Shown: piece after piece, positions 37,700 to 52,914 of the stretch
Numbering within the stretch: position 1 is the stretch's first letter
How the letters are laid out: each line of letters begins with the position of its first letter
Source of the DNA: Epiperipatus broadwayi
Taxonomy: Eukaryota; Animalia; Onychophora
Direction of reading: 5' to 3'
Assembly: GCA_028023455.1 (NCBI GenBank)
Contig: JAQFVV010000001.1
Location: forward strand, 11,904,001 to 11,968,000
DNA length: 64,000 bases
Made by a program: the position numbers and the translations under genes
Notes under the pieces: model-generated
Seen by the model: only the letters and a program-made list of their open reading frames with translations
The model's database searches: none
Told to the model about the DNA's origin: nothing

Positions 37700-39300
37700 T
37701 TCCAAACTTCCAATGAGAGATTTACAAAATGACAGATTTTCCACCTGAGGAAAAGTATTAATATATCTGAACCGCTTGAGCATCAGACGAAGAGAATCTC
37801 ACATTACTGGATATGACTTAAAGAAACTGAAATGAAAATCAATTAATTGCAATTTTACACCATCCAAATTTAACAACTCAAGAATTTTTAAATTGAGTTT
37901 ATGTCTGAATACAAAAGAAATTTTAAAGATCCTTCAAATGCCTGAACTGCATAAATCTTGAAAATAATGTGTTGATCATTGATTAAATTACATTAAAAAA
38001 CTTTAGTGACAATTTATCTTGATTTAGTTTTAATATGAAATTCTATCATGTTTGTATTTGGAAAATATTTATAGGTATTTAAAATACTATCCCAATCAAA
38101 CATTTCTAATTTAATTTTGAATGCTTTAATTCAAACATGACAATAACTATTTTATTAATACTTTGCAGTTTAATATTCATTTAAGTTGAAGCATTAATCA
38201 TTATAAAACGTTAATTTCAAAAACCATTTATGTCTATTAATTGACTATACTATTCAATGACATTCTTCTTCTATTTTTTTAAAAAAGCTAATTTCTTTTA
38301 AACACTCAAAAAATCTTTCAAGAACTTTTCCACAATTTAATATCAATCATTATTATATGTAAGTAAACCATTGTATGATGAGTTTATTTCATTTAACAGT
38401 TGCAGGATTTGTTTTTATTTAAAATGCATGCATATAAAATTGACTAATTTGATTACAAAGTTCACATAAAACCTGCTGATGTATAATGCACTGAAAATCC
38501 AGAATTATATGTCCAATACATTTGGGAATAAATTAATTTTCCTGTCCAATCATACTGTAAGCTCATCAGTTGTTACTGAAATAATTTTGGAAAGATTTAT
38601 TTCTTTTTTCAGCAAATGCACCTACAACTGTGTTGTACTAAATCTATTCCCTTTGTTGTTGCTGAAATATCACATTGCTGCCAACACAAGAAATAAAAAT
38701 AGATAAATAACTGATTTAATTAGGTCAGTAGTCTCATCAAGATAAAGAGAATAAAATTGGAAGATTTTATATCTATTTTTACCCATTTCCGAGATTTTTT
38801 TTTACTATATTTTTAGTCAAAGGTATACTTTTTATTGGTTGAATAATTTTTTCTTGGTTTTCAAAATCTTCCAAAAGAACCTGAGAAAATTTTAATCATG
38901 CTTCTTTTATTTATTCAACAGTTGACAAAAAGTTTCCTGTGATTGGCAATTACATTTAAGACAATATATATAGAAGTAGTTACACTTTGACTGATTTTCC
39001 AACATATTTAATTAGAGATGTTGTCCGGATCATTTATATTTTTAATGTTCTGCATAATAAATTCTTATTGTTCTTTACTTTTATCAAGAAGAAACTTACG
39101 GTTTGTTTCATAATGCCATTTTACTGACCAATATTCTGCATACTACTACCCTGGAATATAATACACAAAAACATATTGCTTTTATTAATTATGACATATA
39201 TTTTCTGTTCACCAACTCTGGAATTCTCCATTTAATTGATTCTGATCATTTTTGCTTTCTATTTGCTCTGACCATGTTAAGTAGAATGGCAACAAATTTC
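37700..39300 (-). mobile_element. Decayed hAT transposase (GTF2IRD2/SPIN-like) in ANKRD10 intron 2
   Basis: Minus-strand remnants in expected order: WHYET (~39110), INLSKIISVTTD (~38560-38600), FQCIIHQQ (~38475-38495), LMLKRF (~37770). Confidence 0.7.
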
Positions 39301-40199
39301 TCTTAAGAAAAAACAATATATCTCATTGTAACAAATAATTTTCAAAAATCTTTGTATGTGTAAATATAATAATTATTTTAAAATGCATCTATACTGTAAT
39401 GTCTATTTTTGTGCTATGTTTGTTACACTTATGTGCAAATAATGCACTTGTCACTTTCTTTGCATAATGCTAGGTCACTGCACAATGTGCACTGGTCATA
39501 GACACACCTCTAAATGCCCGTGTGATTAGAGATGAAAGGAGACACATATTTATTACAAAACAGAGTACATTATAATGATAAAAATAATTTTTTTGTTAAT
39601 TTCTCTCACACAAAGTAATAATTATTAACAAATAATTTTAATAAAATATAGTCTAATAATATCATTTATAAATGCCAGCAAAATTTTCTTATCTGCCATT
39701 TCTGATGTACCATTGGTTCACTATAGTCAATATAGATAATAATGACTGTGTATTTCTATGCATAATATTTAATGTATGCATTTTAATATTTATTAAAAAT
39801 ATGTTTTAATAATCTGTGCCATTGAAATGTAATAAACTATACACAATTATAACAATGCTTCCTAGATGGAGAAAATGTTGATAACATTAAATATAATCTT
39901 ACTATATTTTCATACAGAGCATTCTTTTCAATGGCAACCATTATAATCAAAACAAAATAGAAAATATAAACTTATACATTTAACTGTGTATGTTAGAAAA
40001 TGCACTCAATTGGATGCTGATAGATTTGTTATTTATTATTGAATCTATGCTATTAATGAATCATACCTTTTCTATTTTCCGTTTTCAATCATTATATTTG
40101 CTGCAAAAAATTGCTACTTTTTAGGATTAAAAAAGCATGACCAAGTATCTTTTCATGGTCTTAAAAATACAATGTTGCTTTAGGATCTACTTTGCTTTA

Positions 40200-41200
40200 T
40201 TACCAATACATATATGTTGTTTTAACTTTACATTAATGTATGTCCTTGAAATATCACAGAAAATGTATAACTTGTGTCCTGACATTTATTTGCATAAACA
40301 ATCTGTGGATGTTCTTTGGGATTAATTTTATTCTTCTTATTATTAACTAATTGATTTAATTTGATTAGTGAAGAAAAATTCAGATTATAGTCATTTTCAC
40401 AATAATTCACTCTTTTCTGTTGAAGTTAAAGATATGTAAAGAAGGCCATTCAAAGTTTTTCAATAATTGCATTTATATTCCATTTTAACTTATACAAATG
40501 TTTTATATGTTTAAACAATGCGTATTTGTTGTAACTATTATCTATTAATTCAACAATATATTTATCTTTTTATTAACTTCAAACCCTACACAAAGTATAA
40601 TTCTGGTATAAAAAAGCTTTGATTTATGCATATTTATAACCTAGATTAATTAATGATTTAGTTTAATTGGCATATTATAAATCAATGTGTTATTATGCTT
40701 TATTAACAGATCAAAGCAATTAATACATTTTCTATCTTCTCTAATGAACTGTAAATAAAAAATAAAAATATCTCATATATATGATGTCTTTATCATTACT
40801 TAATATGAATTGAACTATTTTTTCAATGTTATTCACGGCTAAACTGCAAATTAAATCATTTAATGCTATTCTCATTGGTTACAATTTGTTCTATTTATAA
40901 TACTGACCATTGAATGATGCAATAACATCTTGACCAGAACTTGAGCAATAAAGTTTATCTTTTCTTCAGATATATTCTTCTTAATTAGCAATCTGTGAAT
41001 GATTTTAATAGATAATCAATGGTCCAGATAATTCATTGATATTAAGAGATGCCATACTGTAGATAGTCTTGCTATACTGTTTTTTTAAAAAATAGCACAT
41101 TTTAATGATGATCTGATAACAAATTTATGAAACTCCAATTTATCTTATAATAATATTACAAAACAATTTTTGCAGCCTCTTCATAATATATTCTGCCAAA
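40200..41200 (-). mobile_element. Possible second decayed hAT (ZMYM1-like) transposase
   Basis: Weak remnants resembling xxQxYDGAxVMSG (~40910-40960) and NPKAxxVHC (~40320); no intact frame. Confidence 0.3.
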
Positions 41201-44200
41201 ATCATTCATTAATCTTAAAGGACCTTTTTTTTAAATGCAATTTGATATTTGCAAAAATATATGATTTATTATAAATACATCTTCAAATATGTTTTTCTTA
41301 TATATGCCCATAGTTTTTAAATAAATTTAACCTTATTTAAGATGATAACCATTAATTTTTGCATATTTTAATTTAACTATTTGTTCATGTATTTTATGAC
41401 AAATCTGTTGTTCATATTTTGTTTCAGGCAAAAAATTTTCTTCTGTTCAAACATATTTTTAAATTCTTGAACTGACCTGTTCTAAAATATACTGTCATTT
41501 TTTGAGAGCATATCTTGCAATAAATGAGAGGTTTATTTGAAAGCAATATTTATATTTTTTTAAAGTCAAAACCAGTAATCCATTCTATATGCAGATTATG
41601 CCATCTATTTCTAATATATTTAAGATCATAATTTAAAAGTTATTCTAATCAATTATCAAACATTTGCAGATAGATTTTTAAAATTACCTTAAATGACTGA
41701 ATATTAATTACCTATTTGTTTGCTAAATTAAATTTATTATCATATTTTTTTTATTAATCATATTATTATAAAGTTGATCATATCGCCCTCTAATCAGAAA
41801 TGTTAAATCAACACTTATTATTTATTTATGCTTTTAAATATCAAGAATCAAACTATTCTCATATTATATCTTGGTAATATCATTTATACTGTTATTAGTT
41901 ATTTTACATGGCAATCTAATAAAATAAAATTTATTCTTTTATATTTGCTAATAGTTTCAATTGCTCAGCAGTGTTCATCAGAACTACAATATTCAAATAT
42001 ATATCCTACAATATGGATTTAAAGGAGCACAAATTTTTAATGAAGCCAGTTATATATTTTTAATAATTTTATAAATACTAATCTTTTATTTTAATCTTAT
42101 TTTTGATTAATTTCTTTTGTGTAAACTGTTTTATATTTTGAATACATATATATATATACATTATTCTACATTTATGACTTAAATCTTTTAATAATGTAAA
42201 TTTATTTTGATTATTTTAATTATTCCATTATAATTTTAATCATGCATTAAAACTAATTATTTTCTTTTATATAATCTTATCTCATCACTCTAAATCTTAA
42301 CAACTGAAAATTTTTAAATTGTCTTATATTTGTTCTACTAACTCTCTCTATGAGCATTTTTTAAACACTATATCTTATTTTAATTTTTCAACTCATATAT
42401 ATTTATTTAATCATAAAAAATATTTTTATAAAATTAATGTTTTCAAATCCAAATCTTTATTTAAAGTTTGTCTAATACTCTTAATTATGATAGCTTCTTT
42501 AATTTATCTATTACTTCTATTGATAATATAATTAATCATTTTTATATTATTTTTATCAAATTGTTCTTATGTTACCATGATGAATGGGGGGGGGTGTATT
42601 AACATAAGATTAATAACAATATATATATACATTAAAAAACACTAGCACACTCTTGCATAAATTTTATACAAAGCAAACACAATATTTTTTTTATATTCAA
42701 ACTTCTAAAAATAAAATCAAAATAGATTTTATAACAATATCTGTATTTTTAAAACATAAAAAAATTTTGGTCATAATTTTTTTTAACTCTAAAGAAGCAC
42801 AATTTATTTGCAGTAAATATAATATAGCAAAATAACATGCATGGTATATTAATTATGTAAAATCAGTAATAAATAGAAAATCTAACAATGTTCAGTGAGT
42901 GCATTTTGGAATATGTGCAATTAAATTAATAAATATGAATTTCTATTTTTTGTTTTGAGTATAACATTTGTTTTTTAAAAGAGTGCTTGAAACTAAAAAT
43001 GCATTGAGGTTATATTTATGTTTTTAATATTTTATCAATATAAGAAATTATAATTGTATATAGTTTATTGATATGTTTATATATATTGGTTTTTATAATT
43101 AAAACATTTCTATTAACACATTGTGAAAATAACATTTAAGTCTATTCTGGTTTGTGGTTAATACTTAAAGATGTTTTAATTTCACCATGAGCTAATAGAG
43201 GGCACTGAATGCTTTCTTTCATAATATTATAAGTTATAGATCTTTTATTTATTAATTACATAATTGTTTATATATTTACACACATATATATGAATTTATG
43301 TGGAAAATTATTTTGTGCTTATTTATTTAAATATGTATATATGTTAAGTTCTTTGTTTCAATTATATTTATATGATATAGTTTTAATTTTTGAGTTGAAT
43401 GAATAAATATAGTCATGTGTCCAGCAGTGTATACAGGTTTATATATATATATTTTTATATTTATAATTTGTTATAAAAAATATTATATATTTTTGAAAAT
43501 ATCTACTGTACTTTATAATATAAAATATATTTTGAATGTTAATAATAATATAAACTCAAAATGCCCAACAGAGGACTCTGGTTAAATTTTATTAAAATTA
43601 GGTAAGAAAAAAAAAGAGTCAATGTTAGGAGAATGATTTGATAATAAGAAGTAAAAAGTAGATGGATTTACTGTGGCTTCAGAAGGAGAAATATTTAGTT
43701 TGGTAACATCATCTATGGCCATATAGCAAGGTCTTATTCTATAAGTGAGGTGACGAGTCAACAGCTGCAGGCATTGAATTTGAATAGGCATTAAAATGAA
43801 CATTATTTGTATTATACATATATTCTTAGTACATTTATTCTTATTACATTTATTACTTTATTCCTTAATATGCTTTTTCAATAATTTTAAAAAAGTGTTT
43901 AGGGCTTGCTTTAGGTGCCAAAAGTAATTAATTAGCCAAGCCCTATATATAGCCTATATAAAAAAACTTCTGATTTCATTTAAAGTCATATTTTATCACA
44001 TCATCTAACAGTTTTTCTGAAAAGCACTACAATAATAAATAAAAAAAACTAGTCCAATAATATTCTTAAAAACTATTCTATAATTTAACTTATTTTTATA
44101 ATTACACCATTTATGTAGTCAAGATGTTATATCATATCTAGATATTTTTAAAACTTACACATGCATTATAATGAAAAGCATTGAGGAAAAAAGAATAGCA

Positions 44201-44226
44201 TAAAGCTAGTGTTGAGATTTACCTAC

Positions 44227-44388
44227 CTGATGGTTAACATTTCCACCTGCTTGTAATAATAATTGTAAAGAAGAGCAGTGTTTGCCCTTTGCTGCTAATT
44301 GCAGCGGAATCTGGTTGAATTTCTGAGTTTTTAAATTACAGCTCAAATCAGTAGATGTCTCTGCTATTAATTTCTGCAGGCAGCCTAA
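44227..44388 (-). CDS. ANKRD10: ANKRD10 coding exon 2
   Basis: cctcttaatcag|LGCLQKLIAETSTDLSCNLKTQKFNQIPLQLAAKGKHCSSLQLLLQAGGNVNHQ|gtaggt; 162 nt, phase 0/0; ankyrin repeat. Confidence 0.93.
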
Positions 44389-45679
44389 CTGATTAAGAGG
44401 AAAAAAATAGTAAGTTTTATATTGAATGGAAAAAAAAAATTACCTGTCTATTAATTGATGCTCCACAATGGAGCAACCATTTTAAGCAATGGCCATGACC
44501 AGCAAAAGATGTTATATGTGATGGGGTTTGTGAAAACCGACTAGTTGTTATATCATATAAAGTTTCTTTCTCTGTCAAGTGCATAAGACATAAGAGCTAA
44601 AACAATATAATAAATTATATAATTACTGAAAAAAAAATTATATAATTAAATACATTTTAAAAATGTGCATTATGCTAATTTTAAACCAATGAATATGTAT
44701 AAACTCTATTTTGAAAAATATGTGTTATATAATTAATATGGTAATATTAGTAATTTTTTTAAAACTTCATTTCTCAAATATATAATTATTATAATAAATA
44801 TTTTATTATATTATAATTATAACTTCATCACTAGAATTTTATGTTTCAGGTACTCTTTTGATCTATTTTAATTCTTGGAGTTATCCTCAATCAAAAGAAG
44901 ATGATAGCAATCAAAGAAAAAAGTTTTGCAGCATAATAAATAGTCCTAGGAAAGAAAAAGAGTTTTTAAAAAACTATAGTTTCTGAGACAATGCAAATAA
45001 TAAAATTTTGGTATCTGACCCAAAATTCTTAACAAATGCTTCAGCGGGATACTGCTGATTGTGGTGAAAGACTTTTAAATTTTTAAAAAGTAGAGAGAGC
45101 TATATTCAAGGTAATAAAATAACTAGACAAATTTTCAATAAAAAAAGTATCAAGATTTTAGTCCATGTTTGGATCAATGAATTACATATGACAAGTAAAC
45201 CCCCAAACATTCCTTTACACTCAATGACTTATTTCCATATTATCAAATTCAAACTTTATGTTGTTGTTCTTGGATATCATAATAGTTTTTTTTCACTAAT
45301 ACCTATGATCATTGAGAAAAAGTCAACAAACTAAAGATCAATATAAAAAACACGATTTACTATTAAGAAGTAATGAAAAAAGAATTGTAGAAATAAGACA
45401 TTTCACTTTAGAATTTGTAATTAAGGTTTAAAATAAAAATGATTTGGAGATTGCATATTTAAAAAATTCATTGTAAAACTAGCGTTAAGTTTAAGTCAAT
45501 ATATTTAATATGTCAAGATTCATATTTTGTAATTTCCTTTCTTTTTTAATTTATAATGCTCTGAGTATATTAAATATAACCAGTTATATCCCTCTTTATA
45601 TATACTTTCAGTGCAACATCTTGTTCTTATTGTTCTATTTGCTTACAGTTTTGACTGTACAGTAGTTTTCAAGAATTAC

Positions 45680-47710
45680 AAAATATGTAAATATATATGA
45701 ATACAATAGAAATAATAAATACCATACATTCATATATAATTTTTAATTTATTGACAATATAACTTTTTATAAATACATTTATATTTATGGTTTTTTTAAA
45801 TATTTTACTTAAGATTATTTAATTATAACTTATAGTTTTATTGTTATCAATTTTTTACATATACATATAGCCTATATTTTTTATAATAAATTTTGTAATT
45901 AAATACTTTTTGTATATTTATATTCTACATCTATATAATATATTTATTTGATTTAGCTTACATGTTAATTTAATACAGTTTTTTTATTCTTAAAATTATT
46001 TAAAATTTACCTACCTTCTAGATTTTTCTCTGTTAAATTTTCTCAGTAAAACCATTATAATTTTTTGTTTTGATTTTATCCTTTATTTTATCCATCCCCC
46101 CATATCTGTTTTTCATAACTTTCTTATTAACATTTTTTTTTATTAACTAATTCAATTCAATTAATAAAGTTTTCACTAAATCTTTGTTTATACTAGATTT
46201 AGATGTCAAAAAATATGTTAATATAGACAAAACTATTTATATTAAAAACAAAGAATTAATAATAGAAATTAAACATACAATTAACATTTGTAAAAATGGA
46301 TGTTGTGCCAATATATACTTAATATTAATTTGGAAAAGGCTATAGAGAATTGGCAATAATAAAATACATCAAAAATAAAAATACCAATACAAAATTTAGT
46401 AAAAGTAATCAAATTATGCTGCAAAGAAATAAACTTTTGAATTTAATAATATAAATAAATATGTTGAATAATAAAAATGCACCTATACTAATGAAAAAAT
46501 ATGTAGATGATTATTTAATTTTAGTCAAAGACAAATAGATCATTTTACTAAAGAAATAAATAAAATTCATATGAATATAAAATTTACAGTAGAAGAAAAC
46601 AGAATAGCATATATGTTAATTATTAAATCATGTTAAAGGTGAATGTAATATTGAAACATATGTATATATAAGAAATGTAATATAAGTAATACTATTATAA
46701 ACTAAGTATAAATTTTAGAATATACAGAGTTAAAACTTATTGTTCAAAATCAGAATATTAAGAGCAGATAAATTTAATAATAGAAAAATTTAAAATAATG
46801 ATTTCTCATCAAAGGTTATAAAAGAAAATAGAAAATTAATAGAAAACAAAAGAAAAGATAATAAAGATAGAAAATATAATAAAGAAAACAAAGATAAATA
46901 TATAGGAATAAAAATGTATAATAATGATATAGCAAGAAATATAAGCAAAATTATAAATAAATTAAATAAAAACAGTAAAACAATAGATTTTAAGGTAATA
47001 ACTAAAAAATATACTTGATGTATTAGATAATAAATATATAATGAAAATATTTTTAAAAAATTTAGAATTTATGGAATAAACTGTACACAATGTCAGATAA
47101 TATTAAAAATTATATAAAAGAATAAAAGAATTAATTAGTACAAGAGAGAAAGGAATATAAATGGGATAAAAGGTGTTATATATATATACAATAAAAACAG
47201 ATCATAAATTCAAAGAAGACAATAGAAAAATTATTTATTATACTAATTACAAAAGAGAAAGAAAAATTAAAGAAGCATTATTAATTTTAAAAAATGAAAC
47301 AAAACCTTAACAAAGATTTAATTATAAAAACTTTATTAATTTAATTAATTAATAAAAAAAAAGTCAAAAAAGAAATCAGAAAAAAATGTAGAGGGTTAAA
47401 ATTTCAGAAATTTTTTATAACAATTTTAAAAATTAAACAAACTATATAATTAAAAATAAAATGTTCTACTAAATTAAAATAGAAGTTAAATTAAATAAAT
47501 GTTCTAGAAATAGAATATAAATATATAAAAAGTTAATATATTTTAAAATTTATCACAAAAAATATAAGCTATACATATAAAGAATTGATAACAATAAATC
47601 ATAAATTATAATTAAATAATATTTGGTAAAATTTAAAAAAAAAAATGCAAATATAAATATAAATGTATATACAAACATTTTTTGACAATAAATTAAGAAT
47701 TACATAAATG
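45680..47710 (+). mobile_element. Old AT-decayed Penelope-like element with inverted terminal arms (45680-46060 / 47330-47710)
   Basis: MDVVPIYT (~46285), KYVDDYLILVK (46497-46530), YGINCTQC (~47070), YKRERKIKEALLI (~47250); arms are reverse complements. Confidence 0.7.
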
Positions 47711-48799
47711 TAATAATAATTATTTCTACTGTATTCAAACATATATATATATATTGCAGAATGAAGATTGCTAGACAATCAAAGCTGCAAGCAAATATAA
47801 ATAATAATAAAAAACAAGGTATTGCTTGAATAAGTGTATAAGAAAGGGGATATAATTGCTTATATTTAATATTCATACTTTGCACACTGCTGTTAGAATT
47901 AAGTGTAAAACTAATTATTCATTTTACACATAAAAAAAATTGAAGAACTTTATGAGACTATTCAAGATTAATGGATAGCAACAAACCTCAATTTAAAACA
48001 GATATAAAACATTTCTGAGAAAACAAAAGTTAAATAAAAATAGATAAAATGAGTAATTCATGCTATTCAAAATGATGAAACTATTTTAACAATAGACTAA
48101 TTAATAAAGAGACAAAAAATACTCCACTGAAATAAAAGGACAATACTGAAGTGAAACTTTTTACAAGTTATATGAAAAATAATTTTTAACCTTAAATAAA
48201 AGCTCAAGTTTCTGGCAACAGTTTTGACAATATGAAAACTGTATTGTTAGCAATTGAAAAATTACAAAGAAAGCTCCTATATAAAAGCAGTTAAAACAAA
48301 TGCTACATAGTATCAAACAAACTAAAGGAAAATTGGTAAATGGTAATAGTAAAAATAAATCTATTTTATCTTTTACTGAATACTACTAAAATAAAAATAT
48401 GCAAACTTACATGAATAAATTAATGAGAAAATATAGAAAATAATCAATAAGAAATGATATTTTCACTATCTAAAATTTGAATAAAATGTCAGAATTTCAG
48501 CAGAGTTGTATTGACTGATGAAAAGTTCAAAGCTGGAATAAATCTACAAAAGGTTATATTTTTCTTGGCAATTTCTGCTTAAAAAAATATTCATGTATAT
48601 AAAACATATGCATATAAAGTGCAGATATTTATCATATTAAATTTCAAACCTAAAGCTTTGAGCAGCAATCATGAAAAATCCATCAAATAATAATTTTTTT
48701 TTTAATTTATAAAATAATAAAATCATACTAGCTGCAAATAACATTATGGTAAAAATTATTTAGAACAGATTAGTTATGTATTGATAGAGAAGTAACAGA

Positions 48800-49350
48800 T
48801 ATGCAAGTTGTTTCAAAAAAATGTCAATGAACAATCATTGCCTACAAACATAAAATAATTGAAAAGGCCAAAAAATTCAAACTAAAAATTAACATGCACA
48901 TAAATGATTTCAAAATTTTTGATTCAGTTCATGTTAAATTATTGAATGCTCACAGAAAAAAGTGTTTATATCAGAGAACATTATTATTCTTATGGGAAAT
49001 TATGAGACAAAAAGCTGATATTAAAACATGGTGTAATGTTACAGTAGTTTTACATTTAAAAAGATTGGATAGTATTGCATACTATCATCCAACTTATACA
49101 TCTTATTATAAATATGTAATGAAAAAAACCTGATTGTATGAAAGAAAATGTGGACTCAGAACTGATAGAAGAAATACAAACTAAATTAGAAATGTTGATA
49201 TTGCTACATTTATGGCCAAAAATAAGAGACAGGGTAAAACAAAGTGTTTATAGCTGAACACGAAGAAGATGAAGATTATAATGATAGGAACGGCAATCTG
49301 TCTATAGTGAAGACATAGTGGTTCATGAAGTTTTTATTTTCTTGGATCAT
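48800..49350 (+). mobile_element. RTE-like LINE RT/C-terminal relic
   Basis: EKAKKFKLKINMH (~48860-48900) resembles the RTE AKKxGLKINxxKT motif; otherwise decayed. Confidence 0.35.
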
Positions 49351-51461
49351 TTGGTAACAAAAGATTCATCAGTCAAGAGATTATGTTCAGAGTAATAATG
49401 AATACAGAGGTCTGTTAATGATTTTTAGACATAAGAACATGTCTTTTACAATGAAGATTTTCAAACTAATATTTCTTTTTTATTCATGAGAAAGTTAGAT
49501 TCTGAAGGATAAAAAAACTCATGATTCTTTTGAACTTGGAAAGATTTCAGAAATATAAAATGTAGCAGAGAATATAAATAATTTTTGATAGGATTTTGCT
49601 TAAAGCACAAATGACTAAGTTGAATTTTCTTTATTTTAGTTATATTGTGAATTAGTCCAATTCCTTAGAAAAATCTGTAATGTTCATAAAGACAGATGAT
49701 AAAAAAGAAGTGTAAGCTCTGTTTCATTATACTAGTAAATATGTAATTTAAAAAAAATGAAAACTAAAAATATATGTTCATATGATTGCCATGAGTCTAA
49801 TAATAATGAAGAATAACAAATAATTATGTTCAATTCCTTTGGAACACAGATTAATAAATGAAAAAATATATATTTATTTTTGATCATATACTGAATATAC
49901 AGTTAAATTGCTTGTTGTGTCTAAGAAAACTTAAGAAATTAATTAAGAGAATTATAAAATTAGCTTTTTAACCAAAACTTAACTGTAAAATAATATGTTA
50001 CATATAGATGTATGAATGGCTAACTTTTTAATGCTAATCACATTATAGTTAAATAATTCAGCAAAATAATGATTAAATATAAAATAATGAGCATGTGCAT
50101 TACAACAAGTTAACGGTATTAATTTTTAAAACACCATTAAACAATAAATTAGCTTTAAAGATGTGCATAAATAAGACAATAAAAATACGTAATTCACAAA
50201 TGATAATTAAAGTTTGATTTAAGTAGAGAATAAGCATAAATTTTTTTATTGGTCTTATAAGCATCAATATCTCTTTTGAACCGGATGTGACATAAGATTT
50301 GCACCTCAAAGAAAAAGTGGGAGAACAAAAATATTAGGATTCATGCAATAGTTATCTAAAATTGTTGTATTATAAGTTTTATTCTATAAACTGGTCTTTT
50401 CTAAGATCGTAGATCACGGTCATGAGTTGCAATAAAAATATTAACCAGCTACTGATTTTTATAGCGTTGCTATTGGCAACATGAGCTCCAAAAACATTAG
50501 GAGTATAATTAGCAGCATGCCTGTAGAGTTTTGAACTATTTCAAAATTTGTTTAAAATTTTTTCATAGGCATCTAAATGAATAATAATATTCTATGGAAA
50601 AAAACAGATATTAGTCATATGATTCTAATGCATTAAGTGCATTTTTAAAAACTGTTTACGATACTGCCGCCGATGTCTTATTTTCAGTAGATCGATCCTA
50701 CACTTAGAAAAACTTGAAATGTGAACTCAGAAATAAAGAGTATATAATGAATGCATTAGTTTAATTTAAAATGATGTTTTTGCAGCCGCCTGGATGTTTT
50801 ATATATAAACATTTGATATCAGATCGCTATGCTAATCTAATCCATTCAAATTTTGATTAACAAATGTAAAACATAAAACATTAGCAAGCATAATCCATTC
50901 CAAATATAAACTTTTCCACGAATGAAATTATTTTTATGAATTTAAAAATCTCCGGATGTTATTTTACTGTACTCCATATACATACATTCCAAATATAACT
51001 TTTCCTGATTCAACGGAAAAGCTTGCATATACAAATTTTTTTTTTGTAAAAAAAAAAAAAAAGAATATTAGCGCCACATTTATTTTTATGAATTTAACAT
51101 TTCATGATGCTATCACATTATATAGCATATATATACATGTAAAAAAAAAATTAAAAGATTGGCATTTCCAGACTTAAGGTGAATTCAATAATACTTACTA
51201 GATACTAAAGGAAATGCATATAAGTTTATTTTAAAATTAATGCCTTATTAATAAGAATTAGCACAAACTAAACACATGCAACTTTCGATTACGCTAATAA
51301 AAAGCAGTGGAATTATTCAAATTGAAATTAAAGGAGGCATAAAAAATTCAAACAATTACATTATTTTGTTTGCAAAATTTTTGAAATCTTTAATGTTGAT
51401 TATGTGAAACAGCATTTAAATACCATATATATAAAAGATAAAAATTTTAACTAAATCTTAC

Positions 51462-51638
51462 TCTTCCAAAATATGCAGCCCAATGAATAGGTGTCCACCC
51501 ATAAAAACAATCTTCCACATAAATATCTTCCGGTTTACTACCCATTAATGCCGTTAAAGCTTGGAAATCGCCATCGCGGCAAGCACGGTGGAGAGGAAAT
51601 CTTTCGCCGAATATATCTTCAAATTTTTTTATTTCCAT
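51462..51638 (-). CDS. ANKRD10: ANKRD10 coding exon 1
   Basis: MEIKKFEDIFGERFPLHRACRDGDFQALTALMGSKPEDIYVEDCFYGWTPIHWAAYFGR|GTAAGA; RFPLHRACRDGD and EDxFYGWTPxHWAAxFG are characteristic of ANKRD10. Confidence 0.97.
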
Positions 51639-51760
51639 AACCAATAAATTACAACAAAAAATGCAAGAAGAGTTGTTCAAATTTTAACAAAAATGTTCCT
51701 GCATAATAACAATGATAAGAAAACCACATGCAAGAAACAAAAAGAAAAACCGGTATTCCT

Positions 51761-51768
51761 TGACGTCA
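51761..51768. promoter_or_regulatory. Perfect CRE/ATF palindrome TGACGTCA upstream of the ANKRD10 start codon
   Basis: Exact 8-mer with retained CpG, 123 bp upstream of the ATG; function is inferred. Confidence 0.45.
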
Positions 51769-52914
51769 GAGAGTTTTTATCTAACTCTTACATGTTCTTT
51801 TATGTTAAGTCATTCTGCCGCTGTTATTTCATTGGATAACAGAAATTAAAAAAAAACAACTTTATGCAACTAAATGTCGTAAAACGGAAAAAGTATAGTG
51901 AATGAAATAATTAAAAAAAAAATGTTTAAATACAATAGACAATAAAAATAAACAGATAATTAATAATTGGAAGAGATATATTACTTAGGGAAACTGCATT
52001 ACACATAAAAATAAAAATGTGTACTCTATATATTGCTGGTTATATAATCAATTATGTGTATAAAACTTTTAAAATCTTAATATATTATATAAACTTAATA
52101 TACATCTGTTACGATATAATTTTAGTCATCTTTTATTCATAACAACAATCCCTTAATAAACACATCTATTATTAATCATTCTTTAATGAGTTGGAATAAA
52201 TTACAATATTACATTTCTTTTTATCTTAGATATACATTTTAAAATTTTCCTGAAGATGAAATATTTAGTATTAATAACTTACAGTATTAATTTTAAAGTC
52301 AAACTGATTTTCTTTTAGTGGAAGAATGCAGATGTTAATACCAATGCCGAGATTATGATATAAATAAATGATACATTATATTTAAATAAAGGTTGGTTGA
52401 ACTCAGATTATAAATAGGTCAACATATATCTTCACTTTCGAGGATTAAAATTATATAACTAATAATCAGTACCGAATCTAATGTAATTCGTGCTGCTTTT
52501 TGGGTTAAAATGCCGGATCATTTCAGTGTTCTTTCTTCTCTCGCAATTTTTTCTTCACATCTTTACGCATTTTGATCAACTGATTTCAATCTTTTTTTCT
52601 TTACTTTTTGAGTCCTGAAAATTTCTCCACAAAAAATATTTATTGCACTACTAATATGTATATTAAATACTGAATCATTTTTATGAAAAAGTTAACATTA
52701 TATCATGCAAGAGTTGAGTACATTACATATTTAGAGTATTGGGTTCTAGAATAATTTGTTTCAGCATCAACATCACCATCATTATTATTATGATTTTCAT
52801 GCACTTTGCTCTTTTTTTTTTAAGCAATGTTTTACCTAAATTATATTTGGGAGAACTTTTGCACATTATATACATAGGCTATGGCTTGCCAAGTACGTCA
52901 TACTAAGATTGTAA

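Noticed and set aside
50380-50520. Minus-strand open stretch HAANYTPNVFGAHVANSNAIKISSWLIFLLQLM... resembling a GPI-signal tail
   Set aside because: The acceptor lacks a pyrimidine tract, no compatible upstream exon was found, and in the ANKRD10 exon-1 phase it reads ACC*.
52440-52614. Minus-strand acceptor followed by Lys-rich frames (DSKSKEKKD*NQLIKMRKDVKKKL...)
   Set aside because: All frames stop quickly and no protein was recognised; more likely UTR or non-coding sequence.
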